A DNA stretch of 64,000 bases from Haliotis cracherodii (Eukaryota): NCBI RefSeq assembly GCF_022045235.1, contig NW_027266264.1, positions 45,570,001 through 45,634,000 of the forward strand, read 5' to 3'. Every line of letters starts with the position of its first letter. The stretch's first letter is position 1. A model generated the notes under the pieces. The model made no database searches. It was given only the letters and a program-made list of their open reading frames with translations, and was not told the DNA's origin. Position numbers and translations under genes: made by a program. This document shows positions 62,300 through 64,000 of this stretch, one piece after another.

Positions 62300-63030
62300 A
62301 AACAAATACGTCATGCCACTCACCTTTGTTGTTGTTGTGATCGCTCATTCACGTGTAGGCTGCATTCTCATTCGTCGCACTGATAATCTGTTTAAACACA
62401 GAATCATTGTAAAACAGTTGGAAAAAATCAATAGCATGACTCTTCACTCACCGTACGTGTCAATATATATATATTCTTGAGTCCGGTCGCCTCTTCAAAA
62501 TCCCTCATGTCTCCACTGTTGTGGTCCCTCTGCCACTCCCATTCTTGAAAGTTGGCGGGGGGGACACCTCGTCGAAACCGTCAAAATCTTCACCAAAATA
62601 TTCGCGAAATTCCCTCTCCCCTTCGCTTAAATTATTCAATTCAAACACATTATTATTCCCGATAGAGTCGTTGTTAATCATCTGATCGCTATCCGAATCG
62701 TAGTTGGCCGCCATTACGCTTGATTTACGATTCAAGCGAGAAAAATACCTGTCGCGAAAACAGGTGACATCCGCGATTTTCGCGCCAAAAAGACGGGGAA
62801 ATTCCATAGAATGACGTGTCAATCACGTGTAGATCTCGTTTCCATATTTAGAACGAGATTACACACGAGAAAGGAAGTAGAAAGAGCGATTTTGTAAACA
62901 CGCTCGCGCCGCCCGATTTATCGGGCAGCCGGGTGTGGGGCTTGGACAGTTCTCGCCCGATTTTTCGGGCAGCCGGGTTCTGGGACACGGTTTATCCTGC
63001 CCGATAAATCGGGCAGTCGGGGCGAAAGGG
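62300..63030 (-). mobile_element. piggyBac-like 5' end with subterminal palindromic repeats; other end not located
   Basis: Minus strand TTAA|CCCTTTCG, and three gcccga(t/a)4tcgggcag units at 44-bp spacing. A short acidic ORF from ATG 62714 (YDSDSD..FGEDFDGFDE) resembles piggyBac transposase N-termini. Confidence 0.6.
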
Positions 63031-64000
63031 TTAAGTGATCTGACTAAGCCTGTAAAAGGTGCTAGAATCTTTTATGATAAATTAATATCAAATGAAAATA
63101 ATCTTAAAGGGGCACTGATCTAACGCAATTCCCTGGGACTGGTTGTTGCCTTTGTTATTGTTTTTCCCCAGTGAGTACCCGGATGTAGAGCAGAAATCTA
63201 GACTAGCTCGTGACCTCTGTTGCGCCATTCGTAAGCGCATTAGTCACTTTTATGGATACCGGTAGTAATAAGAGCGTATGGTCACATTGATCAACAAAAT
63301 GAAATACAGTTTCCGAGATAATAAGGAAATGTAGGCATCTTTGTGGGTAGCATCGGTAATGGTGACGAAGTTTTGATAAGTCACTTGCTTGTTAATTTTG
63401 CGATTTTCGTTTACACTATTTTGACTTGCAACACAAAGTAAATATTTCACCTGAGCATTGCTTTTTTTTTAGTGTGTATATTTTTTTCAAATGAAGGAAA
63501 ACAAAATGCAAATACCATAATTACAACTTACCAAATTTATCTGTATAAATAGGCAGCTTCCTTATTCGAGGAATGTATCCGTGAATATCCACACAAAGGA
63601 ATAATATCCCACTCGTCTGCAGCTATACAAAATAACTTATTCGATGTCACGTGTCTCTGTAACTATCAAATATTCTAAAAGATATATATCGTTTCGGGTG
63701 TCAAGTCTCAAGGGTCGGCTGAGAAAGGCCACGTGACAACTATTTTCATTACGTCGACGGTTCCTAAAAAATCCATTGAGTTTGATAACAATGAGCAACC
63801 AATCAACGTATTATCAGTTAACCCTTTGAACAAATTGTATGTTGTTTTTACATCGGCACTTCACGCCATGATATGAGTGTATTCCCTTTGTTTTAGTAAA
63901 CCTAGACATGTAAACACTCACTTTTGACATATCCACTGTGCAAGATAACAGTGATTAATCAATCAACGTATTTTCTGTTAATCCTTTGATGACTAGGAAC

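Noticed and set aside
60114-63130. Kolobok-like TTAA|AGGGG starts at 60114 and 63104
   Set aside because: Both are in the same orientation, with no matching inverted end or coding remnant identified.

Overview
Eukaryotic, intron-rich and repeat-dense animal DNA. The repeat families look mollusc-like (inference, not a database result). Two host genes of NAD metabolism face each other tail-to-tail: the last three coding exons of NAPRT (+, 1929-9778) and a complete six-exon NUDT12 (-, 32779-26904, 442 aa when spliced). A full-length DIRS tyrosine-recombinase retroelement sits in a NAPRT intron (2223-7856). It has perfect 147-bp inverted terminal repeats, an internal complementary region, and gag, RT-RNaseH-Dam-like methylase and YR genes. 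Other elements: a BEL/Pao fragment, a probable second DIRS gag remnant, a decayed Ngaro-like element, two RTEX-like LINE copies, three Tc1 copies (one with an intact DD34E ORF but no visible TIRs), several SINEs and MITEs, a piggyBac-like end and many minisatellites. The least routine item is a spliced, now disrupted gene at about 48.2-56.6 kb. It encodes SWIM-like zinc fingers plus a KDZ (Kyakuja/Dileera/Zisupton)-type transposase domain, and it is followed directly by a roughly 112-bp satellite carrying a TTAGGG motif. All calls come from reading motifs by eye; no searches were run.
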